DNA of 62,210 nucleotides, filler included, from Asterionella formosa (lineage: Eukaryota), in NCBI GenBank assembly GCA_002256025.1. It is 26 parts of 26 records of this genome, joined end to end, with 100 filler letters (N's around TTAATTAATTAA, not from the genome) between each part and the next. Parts side by side here need not be neighbours in the genome. Positions count along the whole stretch, not along the records: positions 35,986 to 38,279 come from NKIB01000044.1; positions 38,380 to 40,673 come from NKIB01000045.1; positions 40,774 to 43,073 come from NKIB01000046.1; positions 43,174 to 45,469 come from NKIB01000047.1; positions 45,570 to 47,860 come from NKIB01000048.1; positions 47,961 to 50,252 come from NKIB01000049.1; 20 more parts are not named here. One strand, 5' to 3'. The notes below the pieces were generated by a model. It saw only the letters and a list, made by a program, of their open reading frames with translations, made no database searches and was not told the DNA's origin. Position numbers and translations under genes: made by a program. Position 1 is the stretch's first letter. The number at the start of each line of letters is the position of its first letter. Of the stretch, positions 35,986-49,709 are shown in pieces.

Positions 35986-38279
35986 TTCTGGGAGCCAGTC
36001 TGGTACCTCATGAGCAATAGAAAGTATCCGGCGAAGAGGTACCTTCGTGGACGCTTTGTGGGGATTGCCTGGACGACGGGAGACAACATGTGCTACCGCA
36101 TCTGGACAGATGAAAAAGACCTCATCTCCAGAGAAATCCACCGTAGCGTGGTGCTCCCTCGGCATCCAGACGAGGAGTTTCCAAGAACCTTGGTCAAATA
36201 CACAAGCGACTACTTCTTCCCAACTCCCAAATTGCCGAAGAACGGTCCAGAAGTTGTTAGTGCCAACCTCGAGGGGGGGAGGAAAAGGGTACGGGAACAG
36301 AGTAAACAACCTGACGAAGCTGACAAGAACAACGGTGGAACTCGCATAACACCGGGGCCGCGTGAGGGCAGAAGTAAACGACCGGGCAGTGGAGATCACA
36401 CCACTTATACCCCAGGTACCGGGGCGCATAAAAACGTGGACATCGCGGAAGGAACCATACCGGAGAGTACTGATGTGGGAAACCTCGGCCCGGAGGAAGC
36501 AGAAGTTCGCAAGCGATGGCTTGAAATGACAGAAGCGGAGGCAAACCGCGTCCTAGAACTATATGCACCACCTACCGAGGGGGTAGACTATGCAAATATG
36601 AAAACTATTCTTAGTCATAAAACCACTACTAGGGATGGAGTGAAAACCATTACATTCCGAGTAAAGTACCGGTCGGGAGAAGTGATCCAGTGCGATCTCG
36701 ATGACCTGAAAATAGATGCGCCATACTCACTCGCAGTCTATCTCAGGCAGAAAAAGATCATGTCCCCTACCCTCAGGGAATGGTCTCAGAGAACGCTAGA
36801 GACCCTAGATACTTCATTGTATAGGACCAGGCTAATAGAACCAAATACTTCAATCCGGAGGCGACATGCACATGATGCTAGCGCCACAGTGGTGACCCTG
36901 ACCCGATGCAACTCAGCCTTCTCCAGTCGGCGGCGGGTGAAAACCAACTCGAAGCCGGGCAGGAACAAAAGGAGACCGCATCACTCAAGTGGATGTGAAG
37001 TCAAATATGGGGTGAAAATCCCCAGGACGGTAGGAGAAGCTATTGCCCTGGACAAGCTTAATGGTGATGACCTGTGGCACCAGGCAATAAAGAAGGAAAT
37101 TGGTGCTCTCATGGAGATGCAAACCTTCAACATTCTTGGACCGGACGAATCTAAATCCTTCAAACGGGATGGATTTCAGTACGCTCGACTGATGATGATA
37201 TTTGACGTCAAGCAGGATTTACGGAGAAAGGCCCGACTGGTTCTAGGAGGTCACATGATCGATGCCTCAGGACACGATACATACGCGACCAACATGAAAG
37301 GAATCAGTGCCAGAATCCTCATGCTTATTGCAAGTGCAAACGAACTCAGGGTATTAACAGGAGATATAGGGAATGCGTATTTGTATGCCAGCACAAATGA
37401 AAAGATATTCTGCAGGCTAGGAGAAGAGTTCAGCATAGCAGGGCATGGGGCAACTGGAAGGATTGCAGTGCTTGAAAAGGCACTGTATGGCACCAAGAGC
37501 GCAGCAAACCGATGGCATGCACACCTAGCAGACACCCTACGATGTATGGGTTTCACAACAAGCAGGTACGATGCAGACATTTGGTACCAAGCACGTAGTG
37601 ATGGCTCTGGCTATGATTACATCGGGACACATACTGATGACCTGATGATAGTGGCAAAGAACCCGGAAGAGTACTTTGAGGTGTTACAGGAGAAGTACAC
37701 GATAAAGAAGATTGGCCCACCTACATTTCACTTGGGATGTGATTACGTAAGGGGACCAGATGGCAGATGGAGCATAGGAACGGAAACCTACGTCAAGGAA
37801 ACCTTGGAGAGAGTGAAAACCATGCTAGGCCGGAAGGACCTTGGCAAGGATGACACACCAATCTCACCAACATTCCATCCAGAGCTAGACAATTCACAAC
37901 TACTAGATGTCGACCAACACAGGTTATACCAGCAACTAGTTGGAATAGCCCAGTGGTTGATAACATGTGGTAGGCTTGATCTTTGCTATGCCATTTCGTC
38001 TTTAAGTCGATTCAGCTCTGCACCGCGGATAAAACATCTAAATGCACTGGAGCGAGTATTCAAGTATATCAACAAGAATAGAGCACTGGCGATTAAGATA
38101 AATCCGGAAAACTATATCTTACCAAAGCATGACATCATGTACGAGGGCGCAGATTGGACTGAGCAGTACCCGGGGGCAATCGAAGAAATGGATGAGAAAT
38201 TCCCTACTCCACTAGGAAAGGAACTTAGCACAACCATATACTTTGATTCAGACCATGCCCATGATCAGAAAACGAGACG
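35986..38279 (+). mobile_element. Ty1/copia (CoDi-I-like) pol: IN C-terminus, chromodomain-like segment, RT, RNase H start; uninterrupted ORF
   Basis: KYGVKIPR...A..LD..NG...W..AIKKE, IFDVK..RKARLVLGGH, GDIGNAYL, KALYGTKSA, HTDDLM, GRLDLCYA and YFDSDHAHD. Confidence 0.95.
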
Positions 38280-38862
38280 NNNNNNNNNNNNNNNNNNNNN
38301 NNNNNNNNNNNNNNNNNNNNNNNTTAATTAATTAANNNNNNNNNNNNNNNNNNNNNNNNNNNNNNNNNNNNNNNNNNNNGAGCTATGCTGTACAGCAACA
38401 AACACAACATCACCATTGGGTGTGGCGAATTTCCTACGAAACGGGCAGAGGCGTATTTCTTACCAGTTTGTTGCTGTCATTGCCATTGTTCGACTTAACG
38501 GTGTCATTATTGCTCTCAACGCCCCTCACCTTCGTTCAATCAAGTGTTTCTATTCGTCGCAGAGCGAGAGTGGACATCATTGAAGCGAAGGCAACTGATA
38601 CATCTTCGGAATTGCAGTCGAGGTAATTCTTTCCTTCAGTTCGCGACTTCACTTACTGCTGTTAGTGAACCTCTTCCAAAGCCTTTTCTATACATCGAAG
38701 CAGAGGAGTAACGGGAGGTGGAGCTCTAGAATATCTGTTCTTGCTTTGTATCTAACTTTTGGCACGCGATCAATCTGATCAGTACAGCAAATAATTCAAG
38801 TCACAGAAAGCCCTAGCACAGAAAACGATTAGGTGTCAGGGTAAGAACGAGACAATAGAACA

Positions 38863-40673
38863 ATGTCGCCTGGCATAGACGGTATGCATATTGAAGATTC
38901 TGAAGATGGGATCGGTATCATAAAGCTTGAGCCGACCGCTTCGGAGGTGACACCAACGAACACTAGTGTACCAGCGCCTCCTCATCCACACCTCAACCAT
39001 TTGTCTGCTGGTCACTGGAGTGATGCAGTGGAGAATGCTGCGGACATGTGTGATATGAATCTTCAATCTATGGATGCGGCCATTGCATCTATTATTGACA
39101 CGTCTGGAGGAGCTGTATCAGCATCGGGTCCCTTGCCAGACGCAGTCGTTTCTGAGGACCCCAACTCAAAGCAGGCACAATTGCGAGCCATGTACTTAGC
39201 CGGTTTCAAAGCTGCCGCGCAAGCCCAGCATCACCAAACTCTGAGGGCCAACTTTGAAAATGCCAGGACTAGCACTGGGAGCGCCAGCACTGGATCCATG
39301 ACGGATCTGGCAGCGGTATCCACAGTTGGAGGCAGCGCCGTTGTATATCCTGTACCAGGAAATATTGCCGCTGGTGTGATTCAAATGCAAACTCCCCCAG
39401 CAGCAGTGCCAACGCTTCCAGGAATGTCTGTTTCATCGCCAGTTCATGGAATTAGCATTGCCACTGGTTTGGACAAGCCTTCAAACCGAAGAATTACTCG
39501 TGGGGCGTCGTCGTCAAGTTTATCTGCCTCATCACCTTCCTCATCGGCACCGTCGTCTCCCGCAGTTACTGGACAGTCGAATCCATTTCCGCGAAAGTTA
39601 ATGGAAATGTTACGAAAAGAAGACAACTCTGTTGTCTCTTGGTTGCCCAGAGGCGAGGCGTTCTCTGTGAGGGACCCTGACCGATTTGTGACCGATATAT
39701 TGCCCCGATACTTTCGTCACACAAAATTGACATCATTTCAGCGACAGCTTAATTTATATGGCTTCCGCCGAATTACTAAAGGCCCAGATGCCGGTGCGTA
39801 TCGTCATGCATTCTTTCATCGAGATCAACCAGATCAATGCTTGCTTATGAAGCGTTCCAAGCAAAAGGGTTCACCTCAGATGAAACCTGCCAATAGTCCA
39901 GGAGGAAGTCGACCGAGATCCGAATCAGTATCATCACAGCCATCGCCGTTGATGACCCCGGACTCAAGTCCGGGCAATTATCCGCTTGAACCGAATCAGC
40001 TCAGCAAAAGTGCGCCTACCGTGATTTCCTTCATGATGGCAAGGTGCGTCTATATTTATTCGTATTGAGAATTTCATTCTTTCTTATTCTCACCGATCCG
40101 TTTCCATTTTACAGACCTAATCCCCCACAATCTATAGGGGAATCGCACCAAGCTACTTTTCGGTCATTCTCCCCAGCGCCCCCACCTAACCTGCGACTTG
40201 GTGGAGCAGTCCCTCAAACAGGCTTGGGTATTCTGATGAATGGAAATAGCAATCGAAATAGCGGCAACAACGGAGGGGCGCGCAACACCCAATCGGCTTT
40301 GCCATATACCTTAGCCAATATGACGCCGGAACAACAACGAGCTGTACAGGACGACCTAGCTGACAGAGACCGACAAGCAAGTGCACTGGCGGCTGCAGGT
40401 ATGGTGGCAGAACGTGTGACGTTGTCACAGCCATGTCGACTGCACAATCAGGGACTTCAAGCGCCACCCCTCCTTGGATCATTGCAACCTATCAGTGAAC
40501 CAGAACCTATTGGAAATACCACTATTGATGGAATCAATTGGAGTTTGATGGATTTGGGTCCCCATTTGGATGACATGGAGATGGATTTTGCCAATTTGTT
40601 CGATCCGGCGCACGAAGTAGCGAATATGCATACAGAGGGTTGGCCAGGATGTGGAGAGACAACAACCGTAACT
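38863..40673 (+). CDS. Heat shock transcription factor (HSF-type DNA-binding domain); exons 38863-40043 and 40115->40673
   Basis: [10 protein letters not shown]...SWLPRGEAF...[22 protein letters not shown]...FHRDQP. A 71-nt GT-AG intron (40044-40114) restores the frame (..MAR|PNPP). Confidence 0.93.
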
Positions 40674-40773
40674 NNNNNNNNNNNNNNNNNNNNNNNNNNN
40701 NNNNNNNNNNNNNNNNNTTAATTAATTAANNNNNNNNNNNNNNNNNNNNNNNNNNNNNNNNNNNNNNNNNNNN

Positions 40774-43073
40774 AAAAAGTAGAAGTGGAAGTTGATGTTG
40801 GAGATTTCGGTCCAATATCAATATCATCCTCCACCAAAGACTCAAGCCTCGGGAGGCGAGAGATGGAATCTGCAATAGCATTGTCAGTCCCTTTCACATA
40901 ATGAAAAGTAGGATGGTATTCTTCAATGTAAAGTCTCCATCGTAGAACACGTTGAGTATGTAATGTATTATAAATAAGATTTCGATGATCAGTGTGAACA
41001 TGTAGAACTGCGCCCAATAACATAGAGCGAAATTCTTTGAAAGTTTCTACCACAGAAAGTAATTCTTTTTCAATTGTAGTATAATTCTTTTGAGCAGCAG
41101 ATAGTTTGCGAGAATAATAAGCAATTGGGAGATCATTTTGCATAATGACCGACCCTAATTGACAATCAGAGGCATCAGTAAAGATATGAAAAGGAAGATT
41201 ATGGTCAGGATAACGCATGAGTGTATCTGCCACTAACAATGCTTTCATTTCTTCAATAGCTTGTTGATGGATAGGTAACCAGACAAAGGGACTAGTTCCA
41301 ATTAAATCCGTAAGTGATCCAAGAACATGCGATCGTCTAGGAAACATGTCTCGATAGTAAGTAACAGCACCGAGAAATGATTGAACTTGTTTAAGATTGG
41401 TAGGTGAAGACATATTAATCAATGCTCGGACCTTTTTAGACCAAGGTTTCAGTCCATTAGGAGTTAACCAATAGCCTAACCAATCTGTCTCTTGGACGGC
41501 TCATTCACACTTAGATGGATTAATTGTAAAACCATTTGTCTGTAAACGATATAAAATAGTGTCCAATAAATGAAGGTGATCTGAAAAATTCATTGAAAAA
41601 CAACCCACATCATCAATATAAATTTCCACATCATCTAAATCACTAAGGATCTGTTCCATGGTTTCTTGTGCAATGTCAGATGATTGTTTCACCCCCATAG
41701 GGAGGCGTAAATATTTATATAAACCAAATGGAGTTGAAATAACACACAAGTTTTGACTCTCCTCATCCAATGCAAAAGTATAGTATTGCATAGAAACATC
41801 CAATTTGGTGAAAAATACATATCGAGCACGTTTAGTGAGAATATTTTGTATTCGAGGCAAAGGATATATATTGCGATTGATGACTTTATTAAGTTCACGA
41901 AAATCTGATACTCATCGGACACTTCCATCCTTTTTTGGAATAATAAAAGTGGGAGATGCCCATTTAGAAGCACCACATTTTTGGAGGACTCCAATATCAC
42001 ATAATCGTTGTAATTCCGTTTTGAAAACTTCTAAATGAATATGAGCGACCGGATATGCTCGTTGATGACGAGGAACAGCATTTGATAATAATTCCAAATG
42101 TACCTGTTTATGAGGATAGACTTTTAATTTGCCATCAAATAATGTTTGATATTTAACCAATATAGATCGTAAACATGATCGTTGTATTGTTGTCAAATGT
42201 ATCTGTTTATCCACCACTGTGTCAATATTTACGTAATTATATTCAGCAGCTTTAATTTCCAGCGCATATGAAGATTCCACAATCATAGGTGCATCGAAAT
42301 ATAATAATATATCTCGTAAACGTTCTTTATCATCAAAGAATGTGAGAGGATGCATAGGAACAATCATATCCATACAGGACATGGTGTTATTTACGAAGTC
42401 AATGGTTAAACCAATTTGACGTAGGAAATCACGTCCTAAAATAACGTCAAAGGTGCATTGACCATTAAAGACTTGACACTTTTGTTGTAAAATATGATCG
42501 GATCGATTAAATTCCGGTAAAATCAGGTCATATAGCATGACACTGGAATGAGATGAATAAGCACCAGCTATGGTATGTATTAATTGGGAAGTCTCGTCAG
42601 ACAAAGAAATACCTTGAGGCATAACCCGTTCATGTATTAAGGATAACGATCCTCCACTGTCGAATAATACTCGTAGTATTTGATGTATCGGTATATTATC
42701 CACCAATCTTGGCGCTAAAAGGGACATCGGAATCAAATCAATTGATGTTAATATATCCTTAGAAGTAAAACAGGAAACCGGAATTGGGCCCTGATATGTA
42801 TATGGAACATCATGTCCATCAATACAGTTATATATATCCCGCGTAACCTTAACCGCGGTATCCATAGTGTATTCAACCTGTAAATAAACAATATTATTCA
42901 GGTGATGACTAACGTGAGATATACTCAACGAGTCATTATAAATAGCATCGCTATTATCGCACATACCGGTACCTCTGTAATGGCGATCAGCAATCTGCTG
43001 TTGTATAGTAGGGACAAAAGTCACTATCTGGCCAGCAGGAGGGTTCGTGACCACTGAAATTTCCTGGGCAGAT
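40774..43073 (-). mobile_element. Ty3/gypsy pol (protease-RT-RNase H), copy A, with two TGG>TGA stops
   Basis: LFDSGG protease, [35 protein letters not shown]. Stops at 41912-41914 and 41501-41503 sit where the other copies have Trp. Confidence 0.95.
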
Positions 43074-43173
43074 NNNNNNNNNNNNNNNNNNNNNNNNNNN
43101 NNNNNNNNNNNNNNNNNTTAATTAATTAANNNNNNNNNNNNNNNNNNNNNNNNNNNNNNNNNNNNNNNNNNNN

Positions 43174-45469
43174 GATTGCTGATCGCCATTACAGAGGTAT
43201 GTGCGATAATAGCGATGCTATTTATAATGACTCGTTGAGTATATCTCACGTTAGTCATCACCTGAATAATATTGTTTATTTACAGGTTGAATACACTATG
43301 GATACCGCTGTTAATGTAACGCGGGATATATATAACTAACTGTATTGATGGACATGATGTTCCACATACATATCAGGGACCAATTCCGGTTTCTTGTTTT
43401 ACTTCTAAGGATATATTAACATCAATTGATTTGATTCCGATGTCCCTTTTAGCGCCAAAATTGGTGGATAATATACCGATACATAAAATACTACGAGTAT
43501 TATTCGATAGTGGAGGATCATTATCCTTAATACATGAACGGGTTATGCCTCAAGGTATTTCTTTGTCTGACGAGACTTCCCAATTAATACATACCATAGC
43601 TGGTACTTATTCATCTCATGCCAGTGTCATGCTATATGACCTGATTTTACCAGAATTTAATCGATCCGCTCATATTTTACAACAAAAGTGTCAAGTCTTT
43701 AATGGTCTATGCACATTTGATGTTATTTTTGGACGTGATTTCCTCCGTCAAGTTGGTTTAACCATTGATTTCGTAAATAAAACCATGTCCTGTAAGAATA
43801 TGATTGTTCCTACTATGCATCCTCTTACATTCTTTGATGATTGAGAACGTTTTCGTGATCTATAATTATATTTTGATGCACCTATGATTGTGGAATCTTC
43901 ATATGCGCTGGAAATTAAGCTGCTGAATAAAATTACGTAAATATTGATACAGTGGTGGATAAACAAATACATTTGACAACAATACAACGATCATGTTTAC
44001 GATCTATATTGGTTAAATATCAAACATTATTTGATGGCAAATTAAAAGTCTATCCTCACAAACAGGTACATTTGGAATTATTATCAAATGCTGTCCCTCG
44101 TCATCAATGAGCATATCCGGTCGCTCATATTCATTTAGAAGTTTTCAAAACTGAATTACAACGATTATGTGATATTGGAGTCCTACAAAAATGTGGTGCT
44201 TCTAAATGGGCATCTCCCACTTTTATTATTCCAAAAAAGGATGGAAGTGTCCGATGGGTATCAGATTTTCGTGATCTTAATAAAGTCATCAATCGCAATA
44301 TATATCCTTTGCCTCGAATACAAACTATTCTCACTAAACGTGCTGGATATGTATTTTTCACCAAATTGGATGTTTCCATGCAATACTATACTTTTGCATT
44401 GGATGTGGAGAGTCAAAACTTGTGTGTTATTTCAACTCCATTTGGTTTATATAAAATTTACGCCTGCCTATGGGGGTGAAACAATCATCTGACATTGCAC
44501 AAGAAACTATGGAACAGATCCTTAGTGATTTAGATGATGTGGAAATTTATATTGATGATGTGGGTTGTTTTTCAATGAATTTTTCAGATCACCTTCATTT
44601 ATTGGACACTATTTTACATCGTTTACAGATAAATGGTTTTACAATTAATCCATCTAAGTGTGAATGGGCCGTCCAAGAGACAGATTGGTTAGGCTATTGG
44701 TTAACTCCTAATGGACTGAAACCTTGGTCTAAAAAAGTCCGAGCATTGATTAATATGTCTTCACCTACCAATCTTAAACAAGTTCGATCATTTCTCGGTG
44801 CTGTTACTTACTATCGAGACATGTTTCCTAGACGATCGCATGTTCTTGGACCACTTACGGATTTAATTGGAACTAGTCCCTTTGTCTGGTTACCTATCCA
44901 TCAACAAGCTTTTGAAGAAATGAAAGCATTGTTAGTTGCAGATACACTCATGCGTTATCCTGACCATAATCTCCCTTTTCATATCTTTACTGATGCCTCT
45001 GATTATCAATTAGGGTCGGTCATTATGCAAAATGATCTCCCAGTTGCTTATTATTCTCGCAAATTATCTGCTGCTCAAAAGAATTATACTACTATTGAAA
45101 AAGAATTACTTTCTGTGGTAGAAACTTTCAAAGAATTTCGCTCTATGTTATTGGGCGCAGTTCTACATGTTCACACTGATCATCGAAATCTTATTTATAA
45201 TACATTACATACACAACGTGTTCTACGATGGCGACTTTACATTGAAGAATACCATCCTACTTTTCATTATGTGAAAGGGACTGACAATGCTATTGCAGAT
45301 TCCATCTCTCGCCTCCCGAGGCTTGAGTCTTTGGTGGAGGATGATATTGATATTGGACCGAAATCTCCAACATCAACTTCCACTTCTACTTTTTCAATTG
45401 AATTAGATGATGAACCTCTGCTTACATGTTTCCTTAATCATCCCATCTTGACAGACAATATTCAATATC
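43174..45469 (+). mobile_element. Ty3/gypsy pol, copy B, with stops and frameshifts in the 5' half
   Basis: Same start and end as 59917-62210. Lesions near 43337, 43842, 43917, 43929, 44108 and 44455. Confidence 0.95.
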
Positions 45470-46455
45470 NNNNNNNNNNNNNNNNNNNNNNNNNNNNNNN
45501 NNNNNNNNNNNNNTTAATTAATTAANNNNNNNNNNNNNNNNNNNNNNNNNNNNNNNNNNNNNNNNNNNNAACATGCTGAAGCAGGCTGTCCAGCTTCATT
45601 CCAACGCTCTGGGATTCAACAACTGCGCTTGACATTGAGCTGGGGTGCGGATGAGTCTTGTCCTTGTTGAATTCGACGTAGCTAGTTTGCAGAAGTATGT
45701 CCCACCAACAGGCACGGCGAGTTCAATGCGTTTTGTTTCGTGTTTCGACTGACGAAATGAGTACGGAGTGCTCACAGTTGAAGGTTTGAAATTTATGCTC
45801 ACGTTCGGGGGCAAGTGGTCTATCGTGATTTATGTGCTGTAGAACCTGGGAGCTACGAAGTAAAGCTTGCCACATACCAGGAACTATATATGCCTTGGGC
45901 AATGAGAAAATATCGAAATTGAATCAAATGCATCAGGCGGCGAGGTGGATGGCGGGAGCTGAGGCAGGCCGAGGCCCTGCCTGTGACAGGACAACGTCAA
46001 CATCACTCATGATAGAAAATCAATCTTATAGGCAGGATGAATGTACATAATTATATATGAATATAGTTTATAAATCAATGCTCGAAGATGTGCGTGGTGG
46101 AGTCGGTACGAGAGAAACGTTGACTACCGGTATGCCAGTTGGTGCTAGTGTATATCATAAGAAAAGCTTTCAAAACGAAAAGAAATTATGTTAAACCTGG
46201 CCGACTTTCCGTTGATTTTCACGATAACATAAATGGCATTCATGCTTGAAAGAAGCTTTTTTACAAATCATAAAGAAGTGGTGCTGCACAAGGCAGCAGC
46301 GCACTAGGGTAACTGGTACCCTGGTACCGTTATACCGGTATCCTCTACCAATACATGCAACTTGCGGTCCTTTGGCTTAAATAAACAATTTAATATGGGA
46401 TAAAGTAAGCTAACATTTTGAAGTACCCTGCATTCGCAATTTTTGGTACCAGGTA

Positions 46456-47860
46456 CCACCTAAAAACTGAGGGTCATATAAAGTTTACCCCATGTTTCGA
46501 CTCAAACTATTTTAGTCAAATTTCATGGTGACAACAAATCAAGTACGTAGCTAAATGTAGAACAGGCTCTCCGCTTTCAATAGGTCTATTTAATTAGTAA
46601 TGAAGCTTCATAAGTCAAGAGATATGAAGTTTTTAAAGTTGATGATTATGGTCGTTTTGTATGACTATCAATACATATTTTTTACCACGTACCTGAAGAA
46701 AATTTTATATTCAAATTCTGGTTTCGATTACCCTATTGTTCACTCTAAAGCTTTTTCCTGCCACAATATTATTTGTCCGTTGAATCATCTACCCATTTAT
46801 TATTAATTGTTTTCATTTTTTAAACCTTAAATAATAATGTGTTTGCCTTTTAACTCAAATATTATTTCAGTTTTTGGGTCAATAATCTTACTTTCATTCG
46901 TTTTGATGATGGTTTGATATAGATTTATATAGGGATTATTTACATTCGTCACTAATTAGTGTTCTGCTTACATCAGGCTACTGGTTTGGTATTACTACTA
47001 TGACAGATGTCAGCCAAGCGAGAATTTTTTGTTTGATTGCTTGTTTGCTTCTCCACCTTGCTTGCTCCGCTTCCGCCTCCTTGTTTCGTCGCTTCCTTCA
47101 TATTTCTCCTCTCAGCCAGCCACCCTTCATATTCTTCCTTGCCCGAAGCATGCAAGGCAGTGCGGCTGGAATTTCAATTTCCCCCTTATGTGCCAGCACA
47201 ATTGTCAACTCCAGGCCAAGGGGGAGAATAGGGGGGATGCGACTCGCAGCAAGAACCACAGCACTTTCGATCTCTTCTGCTGGCGCCTGCTGGTCTCCTC
47301 GGTGTGAGGTCTCTCCCAAGCGGGTAAGTAGGGCTTGTCTTGTTTGTGGTACCGGGAAATCTCCGTTGCGTCGAAACCATCGCACAAGGATCTTAATTTT
47401 AGGAACTGACAGCATATGCTCAGGCTTGTTGGCTGCGCATTGAGCCATAAATTTGTTCCGTAGCTTCATAAATTCATGCTGCCTTTTGTTTTGACGCTCA
47501 GTAACCAGTTCCTCTGCCTTTCTCTTTCTCACCAATGCAGATGCAAGCACATTTGGTCCAAGAGCATGAATGCCAGCAGATGCCAATAGGCCGGCAGAGA
47601 TTCTTTTCTTGTGGGAGTCGAGATGGGCTTGGGCAGTTTCCTTGCGTTGACGGGCTTGGGCATCAAGGTCGATTCCATTTCGAGCATCTTCACGATTCCT
47701 GTATTCAACAACACGGTCAACTAGAGTGCCAGCATATCCATCTGACAGATTTAATTCTTGGGGAGAAGTAGCATTTCCAGTGTTGTTGTTTTGGGTGCCA
47801 TTTTTCAATGTTGTCTTTGTAAGTTGGATTTCAGAGTGATTGAGAACATTATAGTTGAGT
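46456..47860 (-). mobile_element. 3' part of a pogo-like DDE transposon (transposase C-terminus 47098-47860 and terminal repeat)
   Basis: ORF is homologous to 2409-2606, ~18700-19117 and 29282-29755. Terminus TA|CCACCTAAAAACTG at 46454 matches the end at 3008-3023. Confidence 0.7.
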
Positions 47861-48959
47861 NNNNNNNNNNNNNNNNNNNNNNNNNNNNNNNNNNNNNNNN
47901 NNNNTTAATTAATTAANNNNNNNNNNNNNNNNNNNNNNNNNNNNNNNNNNNNNNNNNNNNATATGTCTATATACATAAATGTATGATTTCGACCATTTGA
48001 AAAATTGGTGATGACTCCCGTTTATTAAGGGGCTTAATTAAATCAGCCACTGACTTGTAGGTACAAGAATTGACACAAAAAAATTGAAAAACTCAGCAGG
48101 TCGTGGAAAACTATGAACTCATCATGCATTGTATATATTTGAATTATGTATAATCAAAATTGATATTAGTTTACACAGGATGTGCTGTATAATGAGCGTG
48201 TTTAAAACTATGCAAATGTTCAACTATATATACATTTAAACTTCTTACAAATCTTTATATATATGTATTCATGGCTGAAAAATATGAAATCATGTTTTCA
48301 TGCATTTACTTTGCTCCTGAAATGAAGGATTAACACAGATGATGACGCCGAAAACGAAAGTGATAATACAGCACAATGATACTTGCGGCTTAGAAGAGAA
48401 GGTCGGAATCAATTGATGGTAAGGCAAGAGCAAATGCCTTTCATGTTCCTTGTCATGCTTCATCCACTTCCTGAAATGAAGGATCTCAAGCAACACATGA
48501 TGCGAAAACCTGAAGTGACAATACAGCACGATAAGAATGAGTGAATATGATGGAGAAGGGCGGAATCAACAAGCTGTGCATAGCATCACGGTTTGTCAAG
48601 AGCAAATGCCAAGATGATCTATTGCTGGGATTACAAATACGGAATGACTCGTCCCCTTTCAGTGATTCAATAGCTCCTTTTCGATTTGGTGGCTGGCCAA
48701 CCATCAATGTGGAAAAAAGAAATCGGTAAATGCTGCCTATCAGCCATCTTTGCTTGGATCAATCTACAACTGTTAGAAAAACTGCCACATATGTGTTGCT
48801 TCTTTCAGAATAATGGTAGACAAACAGTATTTGTAAGTTACAAACAGCAGTGTTGGAGCCCATTTATTGATCGATACTTTGCTTCTCATTCAATCTTCGA
48901 CTGACACATTCTTCTACAGAAATATGCATCAGATACCTCAATTTGTGGTAAGTGAAGGC

Positions 48960-49604
48960 AGATAGAAGCGAAATGCATGTTGTTGTGTAAGCAAAACATG
49001 AACAGCTAACAATGAATTGCTTCTCTTTGTTAGTATGGCTAATTGGAACAACAAAACGGATTCAATTGTTTGTTAATGCAAACTCTGATCCGTCAGGAGT
49101 AAATGGAGCAAAGCAAGCAGGGGAACAACGGCAAAGCAACCAGTACAACAACCTTCAGAATTGGATTGGGGGGAATGTGGAAGTGATAGTGAAAGCTGAA
49201 GCACCAATCATTGCAATGAGAGCATTGTAGAACATTCTGTAGCCACTCAAGATATAGAAACCTAAAACCATTCTTAGCTAAATATAGTTCTAAATTTCGA
49301 TCAATTTCATCCTATTTAAGACAGTGATATCGATGAGAATTACGATCATGCTAAGATAGATGTATGACAAAAGTATACACATCATATGACCATGTTTAAC
49401 TAATTATATGATACAATGGTACTATTATAACTATGATAGTCTCATCATACTTCAAGCTTGGTAAAAGTTTACTGCATGATCATAATTATATGATACATTG
49501 ATCATATATTTGATCCAAAAACTATCATATATGTGAAAATCCTGTGCCACTTAGCGTACGATACCCTTGATCATATTTTCATGATATTTTTTATTTACAG
49601 ACGC
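48960..49604 (+). repeat. Second copy of the 12321-12954 repeat
   Basis: Direct alignment by eye, with small indels. Confidence 0.9.
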
Positions 49605-49709
49605 ACGTGTACCTACCTACTTGCAGCAAATCTTACAACTAAATCTATTGATTGCTCACAGCAGCCCTTCATTTGTACTTGTATACCGGAAAAGCTCCTC
49701 TGATTTGAG

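Noticed and set aside
43331..43341. TAAC duplication in gypsy copy B, and TAGTA at ~52155, as TA footprints
   Set aside because: Equally explained by simple slippage duplication, so not counted as independent evidence.
45570..46050. GC-richer, coding-looking segments here and at ~53000-53660 and ~58200-58630
   Set aside because: Stops in the plausible frames and no recognisable motif. Possibly decayed genes, but unassignable.
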